Below, piece by piece: positions 14,475-25,052 of a DNA stretch of 64,000 bases (position 1 is the first letter of the stretch; each line of letters begins with the position of its first letter). The DNA comes from an uncultured Gammaproteobacteria bacterium (lineage in GTDB: Bacteria; Patescibacteriota; Microgenomatia; Woykebacterales; RBG-16-39-9b): assembly GCA_964349395.1 (NCBI GenBank), contig CAYGGA010000001.1:65991-129990 (forward strand), given 5' to 3'. Made by a program: the position numbers and the translations under genes. The notes beneath the pieces are model-generated. The model saw only the letters and a program-made list of their open reading frames with translations. It was not told the DNA's origin and did no database searches.

Positions 14475-14489
14475 CGGACAATTGTTCGG
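14475..14489. promoter_or_regulatory. Cheo-type SOS box CGGACAATTGTTCGG (GAAC-N4-GTTC-like) in the lexA/uvrB divergent intergenic region
   Basis: One mismatch to the CGAACATATGTTCG consensus. Lies about 85 bp from both divergent start codons. Confidence 0.6.
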
Positions 14490-14576
14490 GGTTGTCAACT
14501 GGGTATAAATAGGTCATATTGGGTCAAATTTCGGTTAATTGTTTCCTAAGGGTAAAAGATAGGGTAAGATTGACTT

Positions 14577-16565
14577 ATGGATTTTAGACTAAAGAGTGTT
14601 TTTAAACCGACTGGGGACCAACCTCAAGCAATTGAAAAACTCACTGAGGGTGTAAAAAGAGGTGACCAATACCAAACTTTGCTAGGAGCCACTGGAACTG
14701 GTAAGACTTTTACTGTCGCCAATGTAATCCAGAATACGCAGAAGCCAACTTTGGTGATGGCCCACAATAAAACATTGGCTGCTCAACTAGCCTCCGAATT
14801 TAGGGAATTTTTCCCAGAAAATGCCGTGGAATATTTTGTTTCTTACTATGACTACTACCAACCTGAAGCTTACGTTGCGAGCAGAGATTTATTTATCGAG
14901 AAAGACTCGACTGTAAATGAAGAGATCGATCGTCTGAGGCTGGCGGCCACCAATGCCTTAGTTAGCCGCAAGGACGTGATCATCGTCGCTTCAGTCTCCT
15001 GCATCTACAATATTGGTTCTCCGGAAGCTTACGTACAAAGTACTTTAAAAGTGGAGGTGGGTCAGACTTATGCACGTGATGAGATCTTTTCAAAACTTAC
15101 TAGTTTGCAGTATGACCGCAATGACACTGATTTAGGCCGCGGTAATTTTAGAGTTAAAGGAGAGATCATCGAGATCCACCCTGCTTATGGACAGTTTGTC
15201 TACCGCCTCGAGTTTTTTGGAGACGAGCTACAAAAAATCACCAGTCGGGAGATTACCACCCAAAATAAATTAGAGGATTTTACGGATATCACTATTTATC
15301 CTGCCCGGCATTATATGATGCCGAGAGAGTCAATGATGGGGCCTTTAAAAGACATACAGGCAGAGCTCAATAGCCGAGTCAAAGATTTCAAAAAGAGCGG
15401 AAAAATAGTGGAAGCCCAAAGGCTGGAGCAGAGGACCAATTATGATCTAGAAATGATTGAACAGCTAGGTTACTGTTCAGGAATTGAAAACTACTCCCGG
15501 TATTTTGATGGTCGAGCACCTGGTCAGGCTCCTTTTACTTTGCTTGATTATTTCCCTAAAGATTATTTACTGGTGGTGGATGAGTCCCATATGAGTTTAC
15601 CTCAGATTAGGGGTATGTGGCATGGTGAGAGAGCTCGGAAAGATGTTTTGATTGATCATGGGTTTAGACTACCGAGCGCGATTGATAATCGCCCGCTTAC
15701 TTATGAAGAATTCCAAAGACGGACTGGTCAGACTATTTACACCTCTGCTACTCCCAATCCATACGAGCTAGGGTTATCTTCTCAGGTAGTAGAGCAAGTC
15801 ATCCGGCCGACGGGGATTGTCGATCCTACCATCGATTTACGTCCGACTGAGGGGCAGATACCTGATTTGATTCAGGAGCTAAATACACGAATTAAAAAAG
15901 GGCAGCGAGTACTTATTACCACCTTGACCAAAAGAATGTCAGAGGAACTGACTACTTATTTGCAAGAGAGAAATATCAAAGTAATGTATCTACACTCTGA
16001 CGTGGAAACTTTGGAGCGGGTGGAGATCCTCAGAGACCTGAGACTGGGTGTTTATGACGTCATTGTTGGAATTAATTTACTTCGGGAAGGGTTGGACCTG
16101 CCAGAAGTATCACTCGTAGCCATTTTGGATGCAGACAAAGAAGGATTCTTGAGAAGTAGGACGAGTTTGATTCAAACTATTGGACGGGCGGCTCGTCACC
16201 TGGAAGGGAGAGTAATTTTATACGCTGACAAAGTAACTGACTCTATGAAATATGCGATGGATGAGACCAATCGTCGCCGCGCAATTCAAGAACAATACAA
16301 CAAAGAACATGGCATCACCCCCACCAAAATTGAGAAAGCAGTCAAAGATATTTCCGAAAGATTACAAGAGCTGCAACCAGACGCTACTACTGCAGAAGAA
16401 CTAGATCTTACCAAAGTCCCACCTGATCAAGTCAAGAGACTGATTAAAGATCTAGAAAGAGAAATGGATTTTGCGGCCAAAAATATGGAATTTGAGAGAG
16501 CCGCCCTAATCCGCGATCAAATCAATGAGCTCAAAAGAGAAGAAATTACTTTGCCGAGCTCGTAG
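14577..16565 (+). CDS. uvrB: excinuclease ABC subunit B
   Basis: 662 aa. Walker A GATGTGKT. Helicase motifs. C-terminal UVR domain [14 protein letters not shown]. Confidence 0.95.
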   Translation: MDFRLKSVFKPTGDQPQAIEKLTEGVKRGDQYQTLLGATGTGKTFTVANVIQNTQKPTLVMAHNKTLAAQLASEFREFFPENAVEYFVSYYDYYQPEAYVASRDLFIEKDSTVNEEIDRLRLAATNALVSRKDVIIVASVSCIYNIGSPEAYVQSTLKVEVGQTYARDEIFSKLTSLQYDRNDTDLGRGNFRVKGEIIEIHPAYGQFVYRLEFFGDELQKITSREITTQNKLEDFTDITIYPARHYMMPRESMMGPLKDIQAELNSRVKDFKKSGKIVEAQRLEQRTNYDLEMIEQLGYCSGIENYSRYFDGRAPGQAPFTLLDYFPKDYLLVVDESHMSLPQIRGMWHGERARKDVLIDHGFRLPSAIDNRPLTYEEFQRRTGQTIYTSATPNPYELGLSSQVVEQVIRPTGIVDPTIDLRPTEGQIPDLIQELNTRIKKGQRVLITTLTKRMSEELTTYLQERNIKVMYLHSDVETLERVEILRDLRLGVYDVIVGINLLREGLDLPEVSLVAILDADKEGFLRSRTSLIQTIGRAARHLEGRVILYADKVTDSMKYAMDETNRRRAIQEQYNKEHGITPTKIEKAVKDISERLQELQPDATTAEELDLTKVPPDQVKRLIKDLEREMDFAAKNMEFERAALIRDQINELKREEITLPSS

Positions 16566-17175
16566 CTAATTTTAACCCCAATAATATAAAGATCACACCA
16601 GTGATTTTAGAAATCGCTCCCTGGAATTTAGCCACTCTTCCTTTAATACTTCCATGAGAAAAAACCGTGGCTACTAAAGCAAACCACAAAAAAGTTACCA
16701 CTGCCATCTCCAAACCCATTAGAATTTTCAAATACAAAGGGGTAGTAGGGCCGATTATCAGGGTAAATAAACTTAAAAAAAATAAAGTTGCTTTAGGATT
16801 GGTGGCATTAGTAATAAAACCCATTCTTACCGCTTTCCTGGGACTAATATCTTTTTCTTGTCCTGCATCTACTGACTGTGGGGAGGAGGTTTTGGCTGTC
16901 AAAGACTTATAACCAATATAAAGAAGGTAGATGGCTCCGACAAATTTGAGGATGGTAAAAAGTAAAATTGACTGAGAAATTAGCAGTCCAATTCCTACCA
17001 AAGAATAAGTAACATGGACCAAAATTCCTAGCCCCAATCCCAAGGCTGAATAAATACCAGTTTTTCTGGAATAAATCAGGCTATTTCTCGTAATCATGAC
17101 AAAATCAGGACCAGGGCTAATAACTGCTAAAAGGTGGGCTAAAGCAACAGTTATAAGAAGCGGAATATACTCCAT
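16546..17175 (-). CDS. LysE/RhtB-family amino-acid exporter
   Basis: 209 aa, 6 TM. N-terminal LysE-type signature [22 protein letters not shown]. Confidence 0.8.
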   Translation of the reverse strand: MEYIPLLITVALAHLLAVISPGPDFVMITRNSLIYSRKTGIYSALGLGLGILVHVTYSLVGIGLLISQSILLFTILKFVGAIYLLYIGYKSLTAKTSSPQSVDAGQEKDISPRKAVRMGFITNATNPKATLFFLSLFTLIIGPTTPLYLKILMGLEMAVVTFLWFALVATVFSHGSIKGRVAKFQGAISKITGVIFILLGLKLATSSAK

Positions 17176-17427
17176 TTACTTTTGGTGCACCTTCTTTTGG
17201 AAATAAAGTAAATAAAGAGCGGGCAGAATACCTAAACTATTGACTACCAGCAAGGCGATGAACCAATAGGTACGTTTAGCCTGGCTTGCTTTCCACAGAG
17301 CTAGGCCTCTCAGACATAGGTCCACTAGGAGGATAATCGGCAGGAGTATTAAAACAATATCTGTAACTGGATGATCAGGTAGATAATCAGTAGGGTTAAA
17401 ATCAGGAATTTGTGATAAATTTGTCAT
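17176..17427 (-). CDS. small membrane protein, hypothetical
   Basis: 83 aa, 2 TM. Translationally coupled between the upstream small ORF and the LysE exporter. Confidence 0.5.
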   Translation of the reverse strand: MTNLSQIPDFNPTDYLPDHPVTDIVLILLPIILLVDLCLRGLALWKASQAKRTYWFIALLVVNSLGILPALYLLYFQKKVHQK

Positions 17428-17678
17428 TAACTGGCTCTTTCAACTTTGATCGTGCACTCAGTCACTAAAGCGGCAATTGCTCCAACTGCTGCTAGAGGTG
17501 GGGCTAAAAGAGCTCCGACTACACCCACAGTCAAGGGTAACTCGATCAAAGATTTACCTGATTTATCCAAAATAATAATGCGGCGAACATTGCCTTCCGA
17601 AACCAATTTCTTTACCTTAGCTAGTAGCTGGTCACCATTAATTTTAAAAGTTTCAGTTTTGGGGGTTTGTTTAGTCAT
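17427..17678 (-). CDS. hypothetical small protein, first gene of the putative operon with the LysE exporter
   Basis: 83 aa. RBS AAAGGA 6 nt upstream. C-terminal Ala/Gly-rich hydrophobic stretch. Confidence 0.5.
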   Translation of the reverse strand: MTKQTPKTETFKINGDQLLAKVKKLVSEGNVRRIIILDKSGKSLIELPLTVGVVGALLAPPLAAVGAIAALVTECTIKVERAS

Positions 17679-17900
17679 TTGGTCCTTTATTTAATTATAT
17701 CAAAAAAAGAGACCGTAGTTGACAATCTTCGCGACGGTCAACTACGGTCATAGGCAGGAAACTTCGAGGAGAACCAGTCCTGCCAAGCTAACACTGAGAA
17801 GCCAGGTCAAACTTCTCAGTAAAAGCCTTAGCCGGGTCCTAAAACCAAGAGTGTTGATCTCAGGACCGGGTTCCCAGCAACCGTTTGTTTTTTATGCAGT
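17679..17900 (-). promoter_or_regulatory. putative structured 5' leader (attenuator/riboswitch-like) ending in an intrinsic terminator immediately upstream of the RBS
   Basis: Four perfect hairpins on the minus strand (17832-17870, 17794-17819, 17753-17784, 17711-17749). The last is a 13-bp stem followed by UCUUUUUUU. The start codon lies 30 nt downstream. Confidence 0.35.
17711..17749 (-). terminator. intrinsic terminator-like hairpin (GACCGTAGTTGAC/GTCAACTACGGTC) plus T7 run, located in the leader
   Basis: Perfect 13-bp stem and 11-nt loop. Followed on the minus strand by TCTTTTTTTG. Confidence 0.5.
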
Positions 17901-18023
17901 TAGCATCCAGGAAGTAAACAAGACTAAAACTATTCCCTGGGGACACTCTGTTTTTAAAGAGGTGCAGTCTCTCGGTCCTCTGTCATTGCTGGTAACTTGA
18001 GATTCTAATCACTTTGTTGTGCC

Positions 18024-18052
18024 TTGTCAAATCTTGACTAATAGACTACAAT
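18024..18052 (+). promoter_or_regulatory. sigma70-like promoter for uvrA (TTGTCA -17- TACAAT)
   Basis: -35 TTGTCA at 18024-18029 and -10 TACAAT at 18047-18052, with a 17-nt spacer. About 30 nt upstream of the uvrA ATG. Confidence 0.4.
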
Positions 18053-18080
18053 TGATGGTTCATTACGCAGGACAGCAGTT

Positions 18081-20960
18081 ATGACTGAGAAGTTAATAAT
18101 TCGTGGTGCTCGGGAGCACAACCTCAAAAATATTGATTTAGAGCTTCCTAAAAACTCTCTGATTGTCTTTACTGGTATTTCTGGTAGTGGCAAGTCTTCT
18201 TTGGCTTTTGACACTATTTATGCTGAGGGGCAAAGGCGTTACGTTGAGTCACTTAGTGCCTATGCTCGCCAATTCCTGGGCTTAATGGAAAAACCAGATG
18301 TCGACCAGATACAAGGTCTTTCTCCCGCTATTTCTATAGATCAAAAAAGTGCGTCTCGGAATCCCCGCTCCACCGTGGGAACGGTCACTGAAATTTATGA
18401 CTACATGCGGCTTTTGTGGGCCCGAGTCGGCCAAACCAATTGCCCAAACTGTGGAACTTTGATTAAGTCCCAGACCGTCCAAGAAATTGTTGATCTTGCT
18501 TACACTGAGGTAGATAAAGCCAAAAAAGACTCTAAGATTTTAATTTTAGCCCCGGTTATTAAGGGTCGAAAAGGGATTTATGAAAATGTTTTTGAAGATT
18601 TAAAGAGAAAAGGTTTTGTCAGAGTCAGAGTGGACAAAAATATTTACGAAATTGAAGAAGCCCCCACTCTTGATAGATATAAAATCCACAATATCGATAT
18701 AGTCATTGATCGTCTTGTCTCACCGGTTGAAAAGCAGAGGATTACTGAGTCGGTGGAGCAGGGTCTCAAAAGTGGTGAAGGTTTGGTCATAATTAACATT
18801 GATGGGCAGGATCATCTTTTTAGTGAGAGACTTTCTTGTTCCAATTGTGGGACCTCACTACCAGAGATTGAACCACGGACTTTTTCTTTCAATTCACCGC
18901 AGGGGGCGTGTACTGGATGTAGTGGTCTGGGGTTCAGAATGGAATTTGACCCAATCCTGATTATCCCCAACAAAGGACTTAGTATTTCTGAAGGTGGCGT
19001 TTTGCCTTGGAATAGAATTTTAAGCCATGACTCTTGGACTACCAAAAGAATCGAGGCTCTATCACAAAGGTTAGATTTTTCTCTCAGCACCCCCCTAAAG
19101 GACCTAAAGGCGGAGGTTTTGGAAGCGATTTTGTATGGGTCTGACAACTCTTTTCGAGTGACAGGCAGAAATAGATTTGGACGAACAGTAAGTTTTAACA
19201 CTAATTTTGAAGGTCTGATTCCTGAGCTAGAAAGAAGATACAAAGAAACTGAAAGTGATTGGACTAGACGGGAATTGGAAAAATACATGCGGGAAGAAAA
19301 ATGCAGCCTCTGCCTGGGCAGCCGTTTAAAGAAAGAAGCACTTAGTGTCACTATAAACTCCAAAAACATTGCCCAAGTATGTGAGTTTAGTATCAATGAA
19401 ACGCTTATTTGGTTTGAAAAACTTGATTTAACTCCCAACCAAAAATTGATTGCCAAGCAAATTTTGAAAGAAATCAATCTCAGATTGAAGTTTTTAAATG
19501 ATGTAGGTCTAAGCTATCTCACCATAAATCGCAACTCCGTGTCTTTGGCAGGCGGGGAAGCCCAACGAATACGTTTAGCTAGTCAGATTGGGTCAGGTCT
19601 TAGTGGAGTCTTGTATGTCTTGGATGAACCTTCCATCGGCCTGCATCAAAAAGATAATGAAAAACTGATTCAAACTTTGAAAGAATTAAAAGAGCTGGGG
19701 AACACCGTGATTGTGGTCGAGCATGACGCTGATACAATCAATAGTGCCGACTACGTAGTTGATATTGGTCCAGGAGCGGGCGAACATGGTGGAAAAGTCA
19801 TTGCCGTGGGTACCCCCCAAGAAATTCAAAAAAATGCCCTTTCAATCACTGGACAATACTTGTCTGGGAAAAAAGAGATCAGTAAAAAGAATTTCAATGG
19901 TCACACCCGCAGCAATGAAGAGACATTAAATTTAAAAGGAGTCAAAGAACACAATCTTAAAAATGTTTCTGTCTCTATCCCATTGGGAAAATTTGTCTGT
20001 ATAACTGGAGTCTCCGGTAGTGGTAAATCTACGTTAGTAGAGGATGTTCTATTTCGTGCTTTAGCTGCGCACTTTTATCAAAGTAAAGATCGGCCCGGAG
20101 AGTTTGAGTCTTTGGAGGGACTAGAAAATATTGATAAAGTTGTCGATATTGATCAGTCTCCGATTGGAAGGACTCCCAGGAGTAATCCCGCTACTTACAC
20201 AGGGGCATTTTCTTATATCAGAGAATTATTTGCCAAGACGCAAGAAGCCCGGTCTCGGGGATATTCTTCCGGCCGCTTCTCCTTTAATGTCAAAGGTGGT
20301 CGGTGTGAAAATTGCCAGGGGGATGGGGTGATAAAAATAGAGATGCAGTTTTTGCCAGACGTCTATGTCACTTGTGAGGTTTGCAATGGGCACCGGTACA
20401 ATCGTGAGGCTCTAGAGATTCTGTACAAAGGTAAGAATATCTCTGAGGTTTTGAATATGACCGTGGAAGAAGCCCATGATTTTTTTACAAATATCCCGGC
20501 AATAAAATCAAAATTGGGAACTTTAAATGATGTTGGGCTAGGTTATATCCGTCTTGGACAGCCAGCGACTACTTTGTCAGGTGGAGAAGCCCAGAGGGTC
20601 AAACTGGCAACTGAACTTTCTAAAAGATCCACTGGTAAAACTTTTTACATTTTGGATGAACCCACAACTGGACTGCACTTTCAAGACGTGGAAAATCTAT
20701 TGTATGTCCTTCATAAACTAGTTGATTTAGGGAATACGGTCCTGATCATTGAACATAATTTGGATGTCATCAAAACTTCCGATTGGATAATTGATTTAGG
20801 ACCTGACGGTGGTCAAGGTGGGGGAGAAGTGATTGCCACAGGGACTCCCGAACAAGTAGCGGCCGTGAAAAAATCGTACACTGGGCAATTTTTAAAAACA
20901 GTTCTGAGTCCCCTTAAGGGGTTGTCATCGCGAGCGAAGCGTGGCGATCTAGACATATAA
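18081..20960 (+). CDS. uvrA: excinuclease ABC subunit A
   Basis: 959 aa. Two ABC ATPase modules (GISGSGKSSL and GVSGSGKSTL). Zn-finger Cys clusters. Confidence 0.95.
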   Translation: MTEKLIIRGAREHNLKNIDLELPKNSLIVFTGISGSGKSSLAFDTIYAEGQRRYVESLSAYARQFLGLMEKPDVDQIQGLSPAISIDQKSASRNPRSTVGTVTEIYDYMRLLWARVGQTNCPNCGTLIKSQTVQEIVDLAYTEVDKAKKDSKILILAPVIKGRKGIYENVFEDLKRKGFVRVRVDKNIYEIEEAPTLDRYKIHNIDIVIDRLVSPVEKQRITESVEQGLKSGEGLVIINIDGQDHLFSERLSCSNCGTSLPEIEPRTFSFNSPQGACTGCSGLGFRMEFDPILIIPNKGLSISEGGVLPWNRILSHDSWTTKRIEALSQRLDFSLSTPLKDLKAEVLEAILYGSDNSFRVTGRNRFGRTVSFNTNFEGLIPELERRYKETESDWTRRELEKYMREEKCSLCLGSRLKKEALSVTINSKNIAQVCEFSINETLIWFEKLDLTPNQKLIAKQILKEINLRLKFLNDVGLSYLTINRNSVSLAGGEAQRIRLASQIGSGLSGVLYVLDEPSIGLHQKDNEKLIQTLKELKELGNTVIVVEHDADTINSADYVVDIGPGAGEHGGKVIAVGTPQEIQKNALSITGQYLSGKKEISKKNFNGHTRSNEETLNLKGVKEHNLKNVSVSIPLGKFVCITGVSGSGKSTLVEDVLFRALAAHFYQSKDRPGEFESLEGLENIDKVVDIDQSPIGRTPRSNPATYTGAFSYIRELFAKTQEARSRGYSSGRFSFNVKGGRCENCQGDGVIKIEMQFLPDVYVTCEVCNGHRYNREALEILYKGKNISEVLNMTVEEAHDFFTNIPAIKSKLGTLNDVGLGYIRLGQPATTLSGGEAQRVKLATELSKRSTGKTFYILDEPTTGLHFQDVENLLYVLHKLVDLGNTVLIIEHNLDVIKTSDWIIDLGPDGGQGGGEVIATGTPEQVAAVKKSYTGQFLKTVLSPLKGLSSRAKRGDLDI

Positions 20961-21014
20961 TAACTGAGATTGCTTCGTCGTTAGAACTCCTCGCAATGAC
21001 AGTTCTATTTGTAG

Positions 21015-22646
21015 TTGCAAACACTAGGGTACTGCGTTATATTGTTACTATCATTATTTCTGACACTATATATGCTATCTCAAACCATGGATTTAGTTAA
21101 AAAAACTATGCCCTCTGATTTTACTTCCAATTCTGACGAACTTCTCCAGACTCTAAACTTGAGTGACAATTTTTTCCAGGTAATCCAAGCCACAATTGTG
21201 GATGGCATTGTGCTCTCTGGTAAAGATGGGAAAATTGTTTACATGAATCGGGCTGCTAGCGAAATGCTTGGTGCCACCCCAGAAGTGATTGGTATCAGCC
21301 GCAGCGAGCTTATCAGTCAACAAGAGAAGTATTTAGCTGTGAAGTTGGAGTATATGTATGACCCCTTTGAAACTTTTAATCGTTGTTTGGAAGGAGAATT
21401 ATTTACCGGGCTAGTTTTAAAGGTGCATGGTGAGACCACCAAGGTTTTGGATGCTAGTTACTCACCTCTTTATGATAAAGACGGCCAGATTGTGGGGGTG
21501 ATTGCTGATTTTCGTGATGTGACGATTCTGCAAGAACAGCAGGAGGTGATTGAAAGACAACTGGGAATTAGTGATAATCGGCGCCGCAGGTGGGACACGA
21601 TTTTTACCAGTGTGGAAGAGGGTATATGTGTGGTGGACAAAACCGGCAGAATCTTGGAAGTTAACCCCGCCCTAGAGCTAATGACTGGGTATTTGGAAAA
21701 AGAAATCATTGGCAAAAAGTACTTTGAAGTTTTTAAATGTCACGACCCAAAGGGGAATATGATCGAAGACACTTTGCTTAAAAAGGCCCTGATTACTGGC
21801 GAGGCCGTCCCTTATGATGAACACCTCCATACCAACCGGGATGGTGAAGAGGGTTGGGTTGGGGCCACTACCGCTCCATTGCGTAATGAAAAAGCAGAAT
21901 TGGAGTGTTTACTAGTAATCAGAGACATTAATAACTATAAACTAGTAGAAAAGCTGAAAAGTGACTTCGTTTCGATCGCTTCTCACGAACTGCGGACGCC
22001 ACTGACGATTGTAAATGGCTACCTTTCACTTTTGACGAGTGGGGATCTAGGAAAACTCTCTGACCCTGAAAAAATAATCCAGAATGAGGCTATTTTGAAA
22101 AAAGTATATGTCGAAACCAAAAGGCTCAGCTCTTTAGTGGAGGATTTACTCAATATTTCCCGGATTGAAGAAGGTAGACTCCGGGTGGACTTAGGTGCCG
22201 TGGATATCGCCAAACTTGCCTCAGAAACCGTGACTGAGTACCAACTTTTAGCGGAAGGTAAAAATCTTACCTTAGAGTTTGTCCCTCCAGGTAAACCCAT
22301 GGTAATAAGTGGAGATGCAAATAGGTTAAAGCAAATTTTTACCAATTTGATTGACAATGCTTTGAAATACACAGAACAAGGTAAAATAATTGTTAAAGTA
22401 GGTAAAGAAGATGGAAAAGTCATTACCAGCGTAACTGATACTGGACCGGGGATACCACCAAAATTAAGAGATATTATCTTTGAAAAATTCCAGCAAGCCC
22501 CTGGCTCATACCTAAAAGAAAACAAAGGGACGGGACTAGGCTTATTTATTGTCAAAGGGATAGTTGAGCTTCACCAAGGAAAAGTGTGGTTGGAGAGTAA
22601 AGCAGGGGTAGGGACAACCTTCTTTTTTTCATTACCTAGCGAGTAG
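21015..22646 (+). CDS. sensor histidine kinase (TM anchor, PAS domains, HisKA, HATPase_c)
   Basis: 543 aa. H-box SHELRTPLTIVNGYLSLL. G-box GTGLGL. TTG start. Confidence 0.85.
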   Translation: MQTLGYCVILLLSLFLTLYMLSQTMDLVKKTMPSDFTSNSDELLQTLNLSDNFFQVIQATIVDGIVLSGKDGKIVYMNRAASEMLGATPEVIGISRSELISQQEKYLAVKLEYMYDPFETFNRCLEGELFTGLVLKVHGETTKVLDASYSPLYDKDGQIVGVIADFRDVTILQEQQEVIERQLGISDNRRRRWDTIFTSVEEGICVVDKTGRILEVNPALELMTGYLEKEIIGKKYFEVFKCHDPKGNMIEDTLLKKALITGEAVPYDEHLHTNRDGEEGWVGATTAPLRNEKAELECLLVIRDINNYKLVEKLKSDFVSIASHELRTPLTIVNGYLSLLTSGDLGKLSDPEKIIQNEAILKKVYVETKRLSSLVEDLLNISRIEEGRLRVDLGAVDIAKLASETVTEYQLLAEGKNLTLEFVPPGKPMVISGDANRLKQIFTNLIDNALKYTEQGKIIVKVGKEDGKVITSVTDTGPGIPPKLRDIIFEKFQQAPGSYLKENKGTGLGLFIVKGIVELHQGKVWLESKAGVGTTFFFSLPSE

Positions 22647-22701
22647 GTAGAACAGTCTTGATCTTGCAAGAAGAAGGAAAAGTGGTTAGAATTAAAAATA
22701 T

Positions 22702-23082
22702 ATGGCTGACGACAAGGTAAGAATTTTATTAGTTGAGGATGAGCCCGAAGTCTTAGAGCTTTACAAGCTTAAACTCACCCTGGATGGTTATGATGTTCTC
22801 ACGGCTGTGAATGGTCAAGAAGGGCTAAAGAAAGCTATTGAAGAGAAGCCGGAGATGATCTTTTTAGATATCAAGATGCCAGAAATGGACGGGTTTGAAG
22901 TGCTAAAAAGACTTAGAAGTGAACCTAAAACCAAATCAATTCCCGTAATAATTCTCTCCAATTTTGATGAGCAAGAAATGATCGAGAAAGGTCTTACTCT
23001 GGGAGCCAATGAGTATCTAGTAAAATCCCAATTCACCCCTGAAGAAATTTCCGGTAAAGCGGATGAGTGGTCCAAATCCTAA
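22702..23082 (+). CDS. single-domain response regulator (receiver only)
   Basis: 126 aa. ILLVEDEPEV...MIFLDIKMPEMDG. Immediately downstream of the kinase. Confidence 0.85.
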   Translation: MADDKVRILLVEDEPEVLELYKLKLTLDGYDVLTAVNGQEGLKKAIEEKPEMIFLDIKMPEMDGFEVLKRLRSEPKTKSIPVIILSNFDEQEMIEKGLTLGANEYLVKSQFTPEEISGKADEWSKS

Positions 23083-23094
23083 TCTGAGTACAGA

Positions 23095-25023
23095 ATGTTT
23101 AAAAACTTAACTGTCATATTTCTTTTTTTCCTACTGAATTTAATATTCTCTAGTTCCCCAATACATGCCCAAGAAAATCCCGCCAAAAATTTCTCGGCAA
23201 ATTTTGATGTTGAATACCATGCCATGCCAGATGGTAAAACCAAAGTAATTCAAAAAATCAGTCTCACCAATCTCACTAGCAATGTTTATGCCAAAGAATA
23301 CAGTTTGTCTTTGGGATCAACCAAAATTGATAAGGTTGTGGCCTCAGATCCACTGGGCAAAATTAATGCGGTGGTGAATAAGGATGATAAAACTACGTCT
23401 ATCAAATTGACTTTTAATGACAAAGTGGTGGGGATAGGTAAGACATTAAATTTTTCCTTAACCTATGAAATCAGCGATATCTTGTCTAAAAATGGGTTGA
23501 TGTGGGAGATTGTGATTCCCAAGCTATCTATTAGTGCTGATATCAAGGACTACAATCTCCGCTTACTAGTCCCGCAGTCTTTCGGAGAGATCCACTATAT
23601 CTCTCCCAACCCAGCCGAGGTAAAAGATGGCACCACCAGGGCCTTTCGTTTTACCCGCGACCAGCTCGAGAGAAGTGGAGTCTCAGCCGCATTTGGTAAG
23701 TACCAATTATTTGATTTTGAACTTAAATACCACCTTCTGAATCCTAATCTGTTTACCTCAGTTGCTCAAATTAGTTTGCCTCCAGATACCAATTCCCAAC
23801 AAGTTATCCTCGATAGCTTAGACCCCGCGCCTTCTAAACTCGAAGTCGATGTTGACGGCAATTATCTGGCTACTTATGAGCTTAAGAGCAGACAAAGGGT
23901 AGATATTTTGGCAAAAGGTAGTATCAAAATGGTGGAGGCGCACCGTGATCTGCAGAAATTCCCACCTGCAGATAAAGACGAATTAAAAAATTACCTAACT
24001 GGTAACCGGTACTGGAATTTAGACCCCGTGATCAAACAAAAAGCCGCAGATCTAACTGACAGCTTAGAGAACAAAAGTACTGACGATAAAGCGCGAGCAC
24101 TGTACGATTATGTGTCCACTGCCTTAAAATATGATTATGACCGGCTGCAACTAGCCACTATTGAGAGACTAGGAGCGCTTGGTGCTCTCAACAATCCTGA
24201 CCAAGCTATCTGTATGGAGTACACCGATTTGTTTATCGCCCTGGCGCGCTCGATTGGGATTCCGGCTCGTGAGGTAAATGGTTTCGCTTATACCCAGAAT
24301 AAAAATCTTCGTCCGACGGCGATTGGGGGTAGGGTCTCCTCGGACATTTTGCATGCTTGGCCTGAATATTATAGTTTAGAAAAGGAAAGATGGATTCAGA
24401 TTGATCCTACTTGGGGGTCAACCACGGGGGGAGTGGATTATTTTGATAAGCTTGATACCAACCACATTACCTTTGTCAGAAAAGGAGTTTCTCCTGATGA
24501 GCCAGTACCGGCGGGAGCTTACAAAATTGACCCTGCGAGTGATAAGGATGTGACCATCACGCCTGCGACAACTTTGCGAGAGGAGTCTCCAAAACTAGAG
24601 ATAAGACTAAAAGAAAATAGTTACCCTTCTGGATTTAGCAGCAATGCCACCTTGGTAATTAAAAATACTGGGAAGAGGGCCTTCTTTGGGGGCCTAGTTC
24701 AGCTTGATAGCCATACTGCTAAGGTCATCTCTACTGATCAAACAAAAGTACCCACTGTTTTGCCCCAAGGGGAAGTTGAAGTTCTTTTTAAAGTGAAGTC
24801 TCCCAATCTGCTCTCAACTGAAGATCTTACTTTTGCTGGCAAAGTAGTTGGGTCAGACGGTGAGAAAGAAATAAGCGTAGACTTTAGTGAAGTTATTCAC
24901 CTGAAGCCCTTTTTTACCCTGGGGTTACTACCTTACTTTTTTGGACTTTTGATTCTGAGTATACTACTAGTTGTCTTTTTCCTTTTCCGCGGTGAGTTGA
25001 AGCGACCCAAAAAAGCTACTTAA
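23095..25023 (+). CDS. transglutaminase-like domain protein, signal peptide plus C-terminal TM anchor
   Basis: 642 aa. Core Cys-His-Asp region: CMEYTDLF...HAWPEYY...IQIDPTWG. Confidence 0.7.
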   Translation: MFKNLTVIFLFFLLNLIFSSSPIHAQENPAKNFSANFDVEYHAMPDGKTKVIQKISLTNLTSNVYAKEYSLSLGSTKIDKVVASDPLGKINAVVNKDDKTTSIKLTFNDKVVGIGKTLNFSLTYEISDILSKNGLMWEIVIPKLSISADIKDYNLRLLVPQSFGEIHYISPNPAEVKDGTTRAFRFTRDQLERSGVSAAFGKYQLFDFELKYHLLNPNLFTSVAQISLPPDTNSQQVILDSLDPAPSKLEVDVDGNYLATYELKSRQRVDILAKGSIKMVEAHRDLQKFPPADKDELKNYLTGNRYWNLDPVIKQKAADLTDSLENKSTDDKARALYDYVSTALKYDYDRLQLATIERLGALGALNNPDQAICMEYTDLFIALARSIGIPAREVNGFAYTQNKNLRPTAIGGRVSSDILHAWPEYYSLEKERWIQIDPTWGSTTGGVDYFDKLDTNHITFVRKGVSPDEPVPAGAYKIDPASDKDVTITPATTLREESPKLEIRLKENSYPSGFSSNATLVIKNTGKRAFFGGLVQLDSHTAKVISTDQTKVPTVLPQGEVEVLFKVKSPNLLSTEDLTFAGKVVGSDGEKEISVDFSEVIHLKPFFTLGLLPYFFGLLILSILLVVFFLFRGELKRPKKAT

Positions 25024-25052
25024 CCCTTCCCAAATAAGGTAAAATTAGCTAC

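Noticed and set aside
17700-18000. SRP (4.5S) RNA in the hairpin-rich uvrA-upstream region
   Set aside because: CCAGGTC is present, but the conserved GGAAG/AGCAG symmetric-loop motifs are absent. The hairpins end in a T-run adjacent to an RBS, which fits a cis-regulatory leader better.
20925-21000. Inverted repeat TGTCATCGCGAG ... CTCGCAATGACA spanning the uvrA stop
   Set aside because: The 12-bp arms are separated by about 45 nt and overlap the coding end, with no T-run. At most a weak terminator or structure, so not reported as a feature.
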